From: Candidatus Woesearchaeota archaeon
GTDB taxonomy: Archaea; Nanobdellota; Nanobdellia; Woesearchaeales; GW2011-AR9
Direction: 5' to 3'
Length of the DNA: 64,000 nt
Assembly: GCA_023265685.1 (NCBI GenBank)
Contig: JAHFSP010000003.1
Coordinates: 759 to 64,758 of the forward strand
Shown piece by piece: positions 1-8,467 of the stretch (position 1 is the first letter of the stretch; each line of letters opens with the position of its first letter). The notes beneath the pieces were generated by a model. That model searched no databases, was not told where the DNA came from, and saw only the letters and a program-made list of their open reading frames with translations. The translations under genes and the position numbers were made by a program.

Positions 1-348
1 GCTTCCTCGTGGAGGGTTAGGACAAATTCGGGGATCAATAATATCTGAACGGCCGTTGGCAAAAACACGAGTTGATACTGAAACCTCACCGTTAAGTAAT
101 GGAAAATTATGTGCTGGTGCAGGAACACTACCAGGTGCCGCAAAAAAAAAACCAGGAACATTCGGAGCAACTCCAATTGCCTGACCACTATTACTTCCTG
201 GGGCGATGAAGATGAAGAATGAGGCGGCGATCAATACAAGAATCATGAGGAGGCCGACGCCAAGAATTGCTTTGATGTGATGTTCTTTATGAGAAGGGGG
301 ACGAGGGATACTTCTAGAACTAGCTGTACTTACACCTCTTTTCACCAT
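1..348 (-). CDS. Hypothetical membrane-anchored protein, 5' part only (ATG at 348, continues past the window start)
   Basis: The reverse strand is open for 116 codons from ATG (348) to position 1. It reads MVKRGVSTASSRSIPRPPSHKEHHIKAILGVGLLMILVLIAASFFIFIAPG..., a basic N-terminus followed by one hydrophobic TM helix. It is absent from the ORF track because there is no stop in the window. Confidence 0.45.
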   Translation of the reverse strand, partial: MVKRGVSTASSRSIPRPPSHKEHHIKAILGVGLLMILVLIAASFFIFIAPGSNSGQAIGVAPNVPGFFFAAPGSVPAPAHNFPLLNGEVSVSTRVFANGRSDIIDPRICPNPPRGS

Positions 349-484
349 ACACAGAATGAGTTGTTTTAGGTATATAAAGGTTGCGAGAGAGGTGAGTGAG
401 GAGGGATTTGTCTTTTTGTGTAAGAATTGGCATCTGGGGGTTGCACTAGTCGCACGAGAACTGTTGTTCTGGGTGTTTTTGTTA

Positions 485-507
485 CCACTAGTCACACTGG
501 TCAGGTC
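485..507 (+). promoter_or_regulatory. Operator-like direct half-sites CCACTAGTCAC/ACTGGTCAGGTC immediately upstream of the Bro-N TATA box. This is a spacer-less variant of the 36-bp repeat at 6177 and 7080.
   Basis: Direct reading of the sequence. A further degenerate half-site GCACTAGTCGCAC lies at 443-455. Confidence 0.45.
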
Positions 508-515
508 TGGAAAGG

Positions 516-524
516 ATATATAAA
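516..524 (+). promoter_or_regulatory. Archaeal TATA box (atatataaa) for the Bro-N gene
   Basis: An A/T-rich octamer sits about 25 nt upstream of ATG 547, the spacing typical of leaderless archaeal transcripts. Confidence 0.45.
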
Positions 525-546
525 GTACATTCTTACTGAGATTCTT

Positions 547-1401
547 ATGAGAGAACATAACACGCTTTCAATTTTTGATGGAAAACATATTCGTAAATTA
601 TGGCATAATAATGAATGGTGGTTTTCTGTTATTGATGTGGTAGCTATTCTTACCGATCAAATTGATTCTTTAACTGCGCGAAAATATTGGAACAAATTAA
701 GTCAAAGATTAAGAGAAGAAGGGAGTGAAGTGGTGACGTTTTGTCACCAGTTGAAATTACCTGCTGATGATGGAAAATTTCGTGAAACTGATTGTGCTAA
801 TACTGAGGGTATTTTTCGTATCATCCAATCCATACCTTCTAAGAAAGCTGAACCACTTAAGCTTTGGCTGGCAAAAGTTGGCTACGAGCGTGTTCAGGAA
901 ATTGGAGATCCAGAACTTGCACAAAAACGGATGAGAGAAATCTACAAAGCGAAAGGATACTCACAGGATTGGATTGAAAAGAGAGTAAGAGGGATCGCTG
1001 TCAGAGATGAACTAACTGATGAATGGAAAAAAAGGAACGTTGGTGCCGAAAGAGAATATGCAATCCTCACAGCAGAGATTAGTAAAGCTACCTTTGGTAT
1101 GACTCCTCGTGAATACAAAGAATTCAAGGGATTGAAAAAAGAAAACTTGAGAGACCACATGGATGACCTTGAACTTATCTTCTCAATGCTTGGAGAACGG
1201 GTTACAACTGAAATAACTCGTACTAAAGAGGCACGCGGATTTAATGATTGTCACATTGCTGCAGCGGAAGGAGGAGAAGTTGCAGGTAACGCGAGAAAAG
1301 ATGCAGAGAAGAAGATTGGTAAATCAGTTGTAACACATGAGAATTATCTCAATCAACATGAAAAAGAAAAGCGAAAGTACGTTGGAATGAAAAAAACTTA
1401 G
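547..1401 (+). CDS. Bro-N domain DNA-binding protein (phage antirepressor-like)
   Basis: N-terminus FDGKHIRKLWHNNEWWFSVIDVVAIL matches the Bro-N pattern (F-x-G-x-x-IR...W-F-x-x-x-DV). ATG at 547 is preferred over TTG at 427 because of the TATA box at 516. Confidence 0.7.
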   Translation: MREHNTLSIFDGKHIRKLWHNNEWWFSVIDVVAILTDQIDSLTARKYWNKLSQRLREEGSEVVTFCHQLKLPADDGKFRETDCANTEGIFRIIQSIPSKKAEPLKLWLAKVGYERVQEIGDPELAQKRMREIYKAKGYSQDWIEKRVRGIAVRDELTDEWKKRNVGAEREYAILTAEISKATFGMTPREYKEFKGLKKENLRDHMDDLELIFSMLGERVTTEITRTKEARGFNDCHIAAAEGGEVAGNARKDAEKKIGKSVVTHENYLNQHEKEKRKYVGMKKT

Positions 1402-1927
1402 TTAGCCTATCAAATAATGCTTCATCACCTTTGCTTCTCATTCGTGCAAATCCTTGGTCATCAACCCCTCGTTCATAAATTAACTTGGAGAGTTCTGTTT
1501 CTGATGCGATAAGTTTTTTGCGTGCTTCAAATCGTTCTTGCAACGCAATTCTTTCTTCAATTAGTTCTTGTTTTCGAGTTTGGAAAGCAAAATAACTTTG
1601 GGCAAAGGCAATCTGTTCTTTGCGTGGATCTCCATTCTGGGCGATGAGATAACAGGCATAGCGAGTGAGCAGACTATCAGATATCTCCCTTTCACTACCT
1701 GAACCAAGTTCAACCATTTTGTTGGTGTCGACAAAATGGTCTGTTATCTTCTGACCTGAATTTTTGCAGGCAATTTTCGCTTTTTCGATTACTTTGGAGA
1801 AATTCCTCCACTCATCATACCCTAAAAATTTCTGTAAATCTCGTGCAAACCAGAATTCTACTCCCTGCGCTTGTTGAGCATACTCTTCAAATGTTTTACG
1901 AAGTTTTAGGATAATTTCTTTTTCCAT
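1349..1927 (-). CDS. DNA-damage-inducible protein D (DinD)-like protein
   Basis: GVEFWFARDLQKFLGYDEWRNFSKVIEKAKIACKNSG and RYACYLIAQNGDPRK resemble the DinD family. It is convergent with the Bro-N gene and the 3' ends overlap by 53 nt. Confidence 0.7.
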   Translation of the reverse strand: MEKEIILKLRKTFEEYAQQAQGVEFWFARDLQKFLGYDEWRNFSKVIEKAKIACKNSGQKITDHFVDTNKMVELGSGSEREISDSLLTRYACYLIAQNGDPRKEQIAFAQSYFAFQTRKQELIEERIALQERFEARKKLIASETELSKLIYERGVDDQGFARMRSKGDEALFDRLTKFFSFQRTFAFLFHVD

Positions 1928-2086
1928 TTCTGTTTCTGTAAGAGAATTGGGTTTAAAAATTCATTGTGTGGGTGGGCTCCGTAAGAGATTGTCTAGATCC
2001 TCAGGAATTGAACTATCGACATTTTGTCGACTCTTGAGATTATTGGCTTCTGATGATAAAATGCGTGAAGTTGATAAATTAGTGAG

Positions 2087-2410
2087 TTATACTTCGATCT
2101 TAATCAAACTGCCTTGTTCAATACACTCTTGAACAAGAGAAGGTTCATGCTTGAGATCGTTAAATTCTTGAGGAGTGTAACATAAAACGTCAAGAGAAAA
2201 TGGTTCTTTGATGAGATGGTGTATTTTAAGCGCACGATGATACGAGTCTATCCCTTCAAACTTAGAACTTACAATAATAAAATCCCAATCACTATCGGAA
2301 TGAGTTTTCCCTGTAGCTCGACTTCCAAAAAGATAAATACTAACTTGAGGAGAAAATAAAGTACGAACACGATGCAGAAAATGCTCTACGTTACTTGTGA
2401 TCTTGACCAA
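2087..2410 (-). CDS. Minimal nucleotidyltransferase (MNT-type, antitoxin-like)
   Basis: Pol-beta NTase motif IYLFGSRATGKTHSDSDWDFIIV (G-S-x9-13-D-x-D). It is a paralog of 62932-63222. Confidence 0.8.
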   Translation of the reverse strand: MVKITSNVEHFLHRVRTLFSPQVSIYLFGSRATGKTHSDSDWDFIIVSSKFEGIDSYHRALKIHHLIKEPFSLDVLCYTPQEFNDLKHEPSLVQECIEQGSLIKIEV

Positions 2411-2422
2411 TCAAGCACCTCT

Positions 2423-2923
2423 TTAGCAATGTCGATGAAAACCAACCACATGCTTACTTAAGAAAAGAGACAAAAATTTCTTTTCTGATCTACAATGAAG
2501 TCCTGCTTCATTGTATGCTTCGTTTGGTTTTCTGACCCTGATTTTTCCATTTACAGTGTAATGGTTTAGGCTACGCCACCAGTGTTTTTTCCCACTGGTG
2601 GAAAATTCAGATTTTACAAACTTTTCGGTTTCTTTAGTCGTACAGGAAAACTTACCAGCTTCTGGATAGCGCGTCCCAACATAGGCAGGATCTAAAACTT
2701 TAACAATGCTAGACTGTGGAAAATTACAAACAGTAGCCAATTCGTAAAGAGAATGAAGACGTGGTGGAAGTTTGTTTGTTTTCTTCATTATTACGGCTTT
2801 AAATGCCAGTTCGATAGTTTGATGGGAATGAAATGCAGTATTTTTTAATTGCCCTAATTCTAATAATGCTTGAGCCGCTTGGAATTGTTCATACGCATTT
2901 TCTATCCAATCATTTACGTTCAT
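2423..2923 (-). CDS. HEPN domain protein with a C-terminal extension
   Basis: AAQALLELGQLKNTAFHSHQTIELAFKAVI ... VGTRYPE fits the HEPN (PF05168-like) layout. The start is placed at MNVNDW. About 50 extra C-terminal residues have no counterpart in the paralog at 62640. Confidence 0.65.
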   Translation of the reverse strand: MNVNDWIENAYEQFQAAQALLELGQLKNTAFHSHQTIELAFKAVIMKKTNKLPPRLHSLYELATVCNFPQSSIVKVLDPAYVGTRYPEAGKFSCTTKETEKFVKSEFSTSGKKHWWRSLNHYTVNGKIRVRKPNEAYNEAGLHCRSEKKFLSLFLSKHVVGFHRHC

Positions 2924-3053
2924 GCCATTACTGAAGTAGAATGGATTTTTAATGATTTCGTTGGATTTGCTGACAATTCCACAACATACGTTAGCTGATT
3001 GTGGGATCACTGGCCAACGTAAAGTGAATGTTTATATATTTTCTAGCATTAAG

Positions 3054-3452
3054 ATGCCTAATATGGACATTACAGAAATCGTTGCAAAGATACAACAACT
3101 GGATACAAAGAAAAAGATAAAGATAATCTTGCTTTTTGGCAGTGTTGCTAAGGGAAAAGCCCATATTCACTCAGATATAGATATAGCACTTTACTATCAG
3201 GGGTCGAAAGAAGAGCGGTTACGTTTCCAGATTAAAGTGTTGGGTGAGTTGCCAAAAAATGCAGATATTAGTATTTTACAGGATCTTCCTCTTGCAGTCC
3301 AGCGGGAAGCAATTTCGGGGAAATTACTTTATTGTGGTGATGCAAACATATTATCTGAGGAATTTGTGCGAGTCGTTCGTGCATACCGTTACTTTGAACC
3401 CCATTTAAAGACCTATTTTGAAACTCTTGAGGCGGTGACTCTTGGATCCTAA
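3054..3452 (+). CDS. mntA: Nucleotidyltransferase MntA-like antitoxin
   Basis: ILLFGSVAKGKAHIHSDIDIAL NTase motif. ATG at 3054. It overlaps the downstream DUF86 gene. Confidence 0.8.
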   Translation: MPNMDITEIVAKIQQLDTKKKIKIILLFGSVAKGKAHIHSDIDIALYYQGSKEERLRFQIKVLGELPKNADISILQDLPLAVQREAISGKLLYCGDANILSEEFVRVVRAYRYFEPHLKTYFETLEAVTLGS

Positions 3453-3867
3453 ACAACGTATTCTTGCAAAGTTTACTGAGATGAATCGGTACTTACACGA
3501 ATTGGATGAATTCTTACCCGCAACAAGCAGGGAGTATCGATCTCAAACTCTTCCAAAGAGAGCGAGTGAGAAAACTATTGAACTCGCCATTGAATGTGTT
3601 TATGATGTTATGGCAATGGTAATTGGGTTAGAAAAAATCCAAATGCCCGAAGAAGAGGAAAGTTTTGCAAGAATTTTAGCTAAACACAATATTATAGATA
3701 AAGATCTTGCGATGAGAGTACAAGCAATGAGGGGATTTCGAAATCTTTTGGTTCATCGTTATGCGAAAATAGATGATGCAAAAGCCTACAAATTTTTCAA
3801 TGAGGAGATGGGTGATTTTAAAGAGTTTGAAACGAAGATTATTGTGTTTTTGAAGACTAAAAAATAA
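3442..3867 (+). CDS. hepT: HepT (DUF86) HEPN toxin
   Basis: Rx4HxY motif in MRGFRNLLVHRYAKID, with size and position typical of MntA-HepT pairs. Confidence 0.85.
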   Translation: MDPKQRILAKFTEMNRYLHELDEFLPATSREYRSQTLPKRASEKTIELAIECVYDVMAMVIGLEKIQMPEEEESFARILAKHNIIDKDLAMRVQAMRGFRNLLVHRYAKIDDAKAYKFFNEEMGDFKEFETKIIVFLKTKK

Positions 3868-3868
3868 T

Positions 3869-5347
3869 TTATATCTCTTTTTGGAGGAATTCTCGTAGTT
3901 TTATGATCGGTACGCGTTCTTGTTTGGTGCTGTCGCGATCACGTATGGTTACACATTGATCGTTGAGAGAATCGAAGTCTATGGTGATGCCGTATTTTGT
4001 TCCCATTTCGTCAGCACGTGCATAGCGTCTACCAATGGAGGCTGCTTCATCATAAAAACATTTGACGTGTGGACGAAGGGTTGCGAAGATGTTGGTTGCA
4101 AGAGCAACGAGTTCTTCTTTGTTTTTGAGCAGAGGGAACACACCGCAGACAAAGGGAGTTACATTTTGGGGAAGTGAGAGGACAATATTGCCACGTTCTT
4201 TATCATCATGATAATTAAGATCTAGTAAAGAGTATACATTACGGTCTACACCAAAACTAAGTTCAAGGACGTGAGGAATAAAACGTTTGCCGCTTTCTTC
4301 GTCAAAAATTTCCATGCTTTGTTTGGACACTTTTTCATGTCCGCCAAGGTCATGATCGGTGCGATAATGGAGTCCGCCTACTTCGGTAAAACCATGTTCA
4401 TGGAGATCGATTTCAAGGTCGAAATGGTATTTATTGTAGAAGGCTTTTTCGCTATCATCTAATTGGTAGAGACGGAAGCGTTCGGGAGGGATGTTGAAAA
4501 CGTCGAAATAGAATTGTTGAATTTTGACGAGATGATAAAGGTAGAACTTAGGAAGTCCTTTTTTATGAAGCTCGTCTGGAGTTCGTTCTACGACAGCGTT
4601 CTTTTTACGATCTTCTTCAAGGAGAACACGCAGTTTGTATTTTTTTACTTTCTCAAATTCAGGATGTTCGTCGACGAGATGGGGATTGAAGAATAGTTGG
4701 AGTTCAGCTTGAGTAAATTCACGTTGACGCAGAGTGAGATTTCTGGGTGAGATTTCGTTTCTAAATGCCTTGCCGATAAGAGCGAGTCCTAAGGGGAGTT
4801 TCTTGCGTTGTAGTTCGTATTGGAGTTTGAAATTGACATAGGGTGATTGAGCAGTTTCAGGACGTAGATATGCGGTTGTGGTGCTGCCGACTCCCATGTT
4901 GAGAGGAAACATCATGTTCATGGAAGTGACTGGTGCAAGAGTTTTTTTACATTGAGGGCATGCAAGTTTGTGTTTTTCAATAAGGTGATTGAGTTGCTCT
5001 GGATTGAATCCTTCGGTACGCTGTTTGGTGGTTTTTTCAACAAAGTGGTCTGCACGTTCGGTAAATTCGCAGGCACTACATTTTACCACGGGATCAGCGA
5101 AATTAGCGAGATGGCCTGAGGCTCGAAAAACGTTGTGGTGCATAATTTGGGCAGTTTCTAATTCGAATGAGTTGTCGTTAAGGTTAAGAAAATAATCTCG
5201 CCAGACGTTCTCGAAGTTGTGTTTGAGAAGAGTTCCTAGATGACCATAGTCGTAGAGTCCTGCAAGTCCACCATAGATTTCAGAGGAAGGATAGATGAAG
5301 CCTTTTTTCTTGAGGAATATTGCGAGGTCTTTGAATGTGTGAGTCAT
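3869..5347 (-). CDS. glyS: Glycyl-tRNA synthetase (archaeal/eukaryotic dimeric type)
   Basis: N-terminus KKGFIYPSSEIYGGLAGLYDYGHLG, class II motifs (FRNEISPR) and an anticodon-binding C-terminus. Confidence 0.95.
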   Translation of the reverse strand: MTHTFKDLAIFLKKKGFIYPSSEIYGGLAGLYDYGHLGTLLKHNFENVWRDYFLNLNDNSFELETAQIMHHNVFRASGHLANFADPVVKCSACEFTERADHFVEKTTKQRTEGFNPEQLNHLIEKHKLACPQCKKTLAPVTSMNMMFPLNMGVGSTTTAYLRPETAQSPYVNFKLQYELQRKKLPLGLALIGKAFRNEISPRNLTLRQREFTQAELQLFFNPHLVDEHPEFEKVKKYKLRVLLEEDRKKNAVVERTPDELHKKGLPKFYLYHLVKIQQFYFDVFNIPPERFRLYQLDDSEKAFYNKYHFDLEIDLHEHGFTEVGGLHYRTDHDLGGHEKVSKQSMEIFDEESGKRFIPHVLELSFGVDRNVYSLLDLNYHDDKERGNIVLSLPQNVTPFVCGVFPLLKNKEELVALATNIFATLRPHVKCFYDEAASIGRRYARADEMGTKYGITIDFDSLNDQCVTIRDRDSTKQERVPIIKLREFLQKEI

Positions 5348-5452
5348 GAATGGAAGGTTTGAGGAGGCATTTATTAAGATTTTGGAGAGTTATGTATGTT
5401 TTATAATTTCTTAAGAACATTTAAATAATACTTAGTATTATTAGGTAATACG

Positions 5453-5728
5453 ATGGAAGCAGTCTCACTAAAATTTGAAGAAAACTTTCTCAAGAATATA
5501 GAAAAAGCGATGAAAAAATATAATTACAGCACAAAGACTGAATTTATCAGAGAAGCAATCCGAGAAAAACTTATTGACCTTGAAAAACAAGATTATATGT
5601 TAATGGCTTTGAAGATGTATGGGGCTGGGAAAACTAAGCATGGTATTATCAAAGACGATACACTTCATGAAGCACGGGAACGGGCTGCTCGAGAACTTGC
5701 AAAAGAATTAGGTGTTGACCTCACTTAA
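5453..5728 (+). CDS. Ribbon-helix-helix (CopG/VapB-like) protein
   Basis: MEAVSLKFEENFLKNIEKAMKKYNYSTKTEFIREAIREKL has a beta-alpha-alpha RHH pattern. Confidence 0.6.
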   Translation: MEAVSLKFEENFLKNIEKAMKKYNYSTKTEFIREAIREKLIDLEKQDYMLMALKMYGAGKTKHGIIKDDTLHEARERAARELAKELGVDLT

Positions 5729-6139
5729 AAAAAGTAGGTCTTCTGGTTTCTTTGTTAAGGTTATATCTTTTAATCTCTCAAAATCTTTATCACGAGAAAC
5801 AAATTGTGCTTCATGATCTCGTGCAAGGATGGCGTGAATTGCATCTCCTAATGGAACACCTCTTAGTTGAGCCAGCTTTTTTGATTCTTGAATTTGATTA
5901 TTAGTTACCTGTACTCTTCTGATGTGATCTGGTTTGATGATCTGAAGCAAAGAGTTTATCTCTGTTTTTGAGAGACCAATATGTTTTAATTCTACTTTGA
6001 CAAAATTTGAAAAAATGATCACTGATTTATCATTGATAATTTTTAAGATGAGTTTAAGGGCGTTTTTTCCATTCTCTTCGCGTTCCAAATAATAATCTAA
6101 CCAAATAGAAGTGTCGAGATAGTAAGTGTTTTCTACCAT
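5708..6139 (-). CDS. vapC: PIN domain ribonuclease (VapC-like)
   Basis: YYLDTSIWLDY (first acidic residue), LGDAIHAILA and FVSRDKDF are the acidic residues typical of PIN. Confidence 0.8.
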   Translation of the reverse strand: MVENTYYLDTSIWLDYYLEREENGKNALKLILKIINDKSVIIFSNFVKVELKHIGLSKTEINSLLQIIKPDHIRRVQVTNNQIQESKKLAQLRGVPLGDAIHAILARDHEAQFVSRDKDFERLKDITLTKKPEDLLFLSEVNT

Positions 6140-6176
6140 TTTGTTCTTTTAGATGAAAAAAACTGATTAATATAAC

Positions 6177-6212
6177 CCACTGGTCACTTTTTAGGCCACT
6201 GGTCAAGTCCCG
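6177..6212 (+). repeat. 36-bp direct repeat copy 1 (ccactggtcactttttaggccactggtcaagtcccg), upstream of KilA-N
   Basis: Identical to 7080-7115. It contains two CCACTGGTCA half-sites. Confidence 0.9.
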
Positions 6213-6228
6213 CAATGATTTAAGAAGC

Positions 6229-6241
6229 AAAAAAAATAAAG
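6229..6241 (+). promoter_or_regulatory. TATA-like box (aaaaaaaataaag) for the KilA-N gene
   Basis: A/T tract about 24 nt upstream of ATG 6261. Confidence 0.35.
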
Positions 6242-6260
6242 TTGAAAAGTGGTACGTAAA

Positions 6261-7067
6261 ATGAACGTGTTAGGGACAGAAATATCTCTCTTTGATTATG
6301 ATGAAAAAGATTTTATCTCTTTAACTGACATGATTAAAAATATTGAGAACGGCCTGGCATTGATAGAAAAATGGTTACGAAACAAAAATACCATCGAATT
6401 TTTAGGTATTTGGGAAGAGATCAATAACCCTCACTTTAATTCCACCGAATTCGAGGGAATTAAAAATGAAGCGGGATTTAATAGATTTGTCCTCTCTGTA
6501 AAACAATGGGTTGAGAAAACTAATTCTGTAGGTATTATAGCTAAAGCGGGGAGGTATGGAGGAACCTATGCCCATAAAGATATTGCTTTTGAATTTGCTT
6601 CTTGGATATCCCCTCAATTTAAATTATATTTAATCAAAGAATTTCAAAGACTTAAAGAACAAGAAAGAAAAGAATTGGGATGGGATATCAAGAGAAATTT
6701 AGTACGAATAAATTACAAGGTTCACACTCAGGCAATAAAAGAGAACTTGGTCCCAGTAGAATTAACACACACGCAAATAAATCAAATTTATGCAACAGAA
6801 GCAGATGTTCTAAATATTGCTTTGTTTGGAATGACTGCTAAGGAATGGAGAGAAATCAATTTGGAAAAAGAGGGAAATATGAGAGATTATGCGAATATAT
6901 CACAACTCGTCTGTTTGTCCAATTTAGAAAACCTTAATGCTTTTTTTATTCAAGAGAGAGTTCCTCAATCTCAACGACTTTTAAAATTGAACCAAATTGC
7001 AATTCAACAAATGAAACTTCTTACTCAAGAAAAAATGAACCTTTTTGGGATTAGTAGTAGGAAATAA
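6261..7067 (+). CDS. KilA-N domain DNA-binding protein
   Basis: DFISLTDMIKN...WLRNKNTIEFLGIWE...GGTYAHKDIAFEFASWISPQFKLYLIKEF is the typical KilA-N core. Confidence 0.75.
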   Translation: MNVLGTEISLFDYDEKDFISLTDMIKNIENGLALIEKWLRNKNTIEFLGIWEEINNPHFNSTEFEGIKNEAGFNRFVLSVKQWVEKTNSVGIIAKAGRYGGTYAHKDIAFEFASWISPQFKLYLIKEFQRLKEQERKELGWDIKRNLVRINYKVHTQAIKENLVPVELTHTQINQIYATEADVLNIALFGMTAKEWREINLEKEGNMRDYANISQLVCLSNLENLNAFFIQERVPQSQRLLKLNQIAIQQMKLLTQEKMNLFGISSRK

Positions 7068-7079
7068 ACTCATTAATTG

Positions 7080-7115
7080 CCACTGGTCACTTTTTAGGCC
7101 ACTGGTCAAGTCCCG
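7080..7115 (+). repeat. 36-bp direct repeat copy 2, downstream of KilA-N and upstream of a TATA box
   Basis: Identical to 6177-6212. Confidence 0.9.
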
Positions 7116-7121
7116 GATTTC

Positions 7122-7130
7122 TATATAAAG
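7122..7130 (+). promoter_or_regulatory. TATA box (tatataaag)
   Basis: Lies 6 nt after repeat copy 2. A GGAGGG and ATGs at 7161 and 7168 follow. Confidence 0.45.
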
Positions 7131-7350
7131 GTTAGAAGCTCTGAATATTTTATTGGAGGGATGTGTTATGATTCGACAACGGTTATTTCGAAACGGGATT
7201 TTGGTGGGGTTCGTTCGACCTGATTTTCATGGACAAACCATGGAGAAATTTTGGGCGGTGTTTAATTTGAGTTGTATTAGCTTTTAGATTGATTGGGTGA
7301 CGTCAGCGATGGATTTATATACAAATGTATACTCTTGTATACACAATAAC

Positions 7351-7590
7351 ATGAGCGATACAACAATTAGAATTAGTGGAGACACGAAGTCAGAACTAGA
7401 CACATTCAAAGAGTACAAGAATGAAAGTTATGATGAAGTTCTTAGAAAGGTAATGTATATCGCTAAAACATCAAAGACTCAACCCAAGCTAAGTAAAGAA
7501 GCTATTGAACAGATTGAAAAGGCCCGTAAAAGAATCAAGAAAGGTCAATTTGTAACTGCTCAAGAAGCGAAAAAAAGGCTTGGACTATGA
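7351..7590 (+). CDS. Antitoxin of the RelBE-type module
   Basis: MSDTTIRISGDTKSELDTFK... is a small acidic/basic protein. Its stop overlaps the RelE start (ATGA). Confidence 0.65.
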   Translation: MSDTTIRISGDTKSELDTFKEYKNESYDEVLRKVMYIAKTSKTQPKLSKEAIEQIEKARKRIKKGQFVTAQEAKKRLGL

Positions 7591-7841
7591 ATTTTGAAAT
7601 ACTCTTTGATGATGACGCAATTGATTTTCTTAACAAGCTAGAAAAACCTCTCAAAGAGAGAATTTACACCAAAATAATTACTGCTTCACAAGATCCGTTT
7701 CGTTTTTTCATAAGATTAACCGGAAGATCAGACTATAAGTTACGAGTGGGAGATTATAGAGTCATCGCAGAGATTGATGGGTCGACAAAAAGAATTGAGA
7801 TTACACTCATAGGACATAGAAAAAATGTGTATGAAACATGA
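7587..7841 (+). CDS. relE: RelE/ParE-family mRNA interferase toxin
   Basis: SDYKLRVGDYRVIAEIDGSTKRIEITLIGHRKNVY is the classic RelE C-terminal pattern. Confidence 0.8.
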   Translation: MNFEILFDDDAIDFLNKLEKPLKERIYTKIITASQDPFRFFIRLTGRSDYKLRVGDYRVIAEIDGSTKRIEITLIGHRKNVYET

Positions 7842-8050
7842 GGTGATGGAAGATGAGTAGACAAAATTCAGAACTGAAATTAAAGAAAGAGATTTCATTC
7901 AATGTAGAGAAAGGACTGGGAAAGAAGGATATGTGGCAAAGCCAGGGGGGTTTTGAAGATGAATAGAGATAAAATTGGAAGGTTGTAAAGTGAAAGAATA
8001 TATGTACCTTAAATGATTATTTTTTAAAATAGGTTGTTTTTTATTGTTAT

Positions 8051-8467
8051 ATGGAACGGTTACAAACTTGTGATGTTGGGCGGTATGTTCAACTAACTCT
8101 AGATCCTGATTCTGTGGGTCTGTCAATGAGAGAACGTACGTTCCCCTATTGTTTGATTGGTAAGGTTGCTCATCTTGATGCTTTAAATGTAGTTCTTAAT
8201 CCAACTGATGTTTATAGACCTGGCTCGTCATGCCCTGGTTTTGAAAATACAGTGCAGAATTACCTTCGGTTATTACGAGAATTGGAGGCACGACGTGGAC
8301 CGGACGTACTAGATCTCGATACGTTTCGAGCATTAAGAGCTGATGCTGATGATATTGCTACAAGATCAGATTATATGAGGGGGACAGTAAGAAATATTCT
8401 TGAAACAGCAACATCAGGAAGAGTTGTTAGTTTAGATACGGTTATTGAAATTGTTCGATTGAGGTAG
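8051..8467 (+). CDS. Hypothetical protein
   Basis: 138-codon ORF with an ATG start. No motif was recognised. Confidence 0.45.
   Translation: MERLQTCDVGRYVQLTLDPDSVGLSMRERTFPYCLIGKVAHLDALNVVLNPTDVYRPGSSCPGFENTVQNYLRLLRELEARRGPDVLDLDTFRALRADADDIATRSDYMRGTVRNILETATSGRVVSLDTVIEIVRLR

Noticed and set aside
142-151. A10 homopolymer (T10 on the coding strand) inside the partial surface-protein gene
   Set aside because: It is in frame here, encoding Phe-Phe-Phe. Nothing in the sequence indicates phase variation, and this cannot be assessed from a single sequence.
7899-8126. 75-aa minus-strand ORF in the spacer after relE
   Set aside because: It overlaps the start of the plus-strand ORF at 8051. 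It has no start context or motif and a low-complexity sequence.
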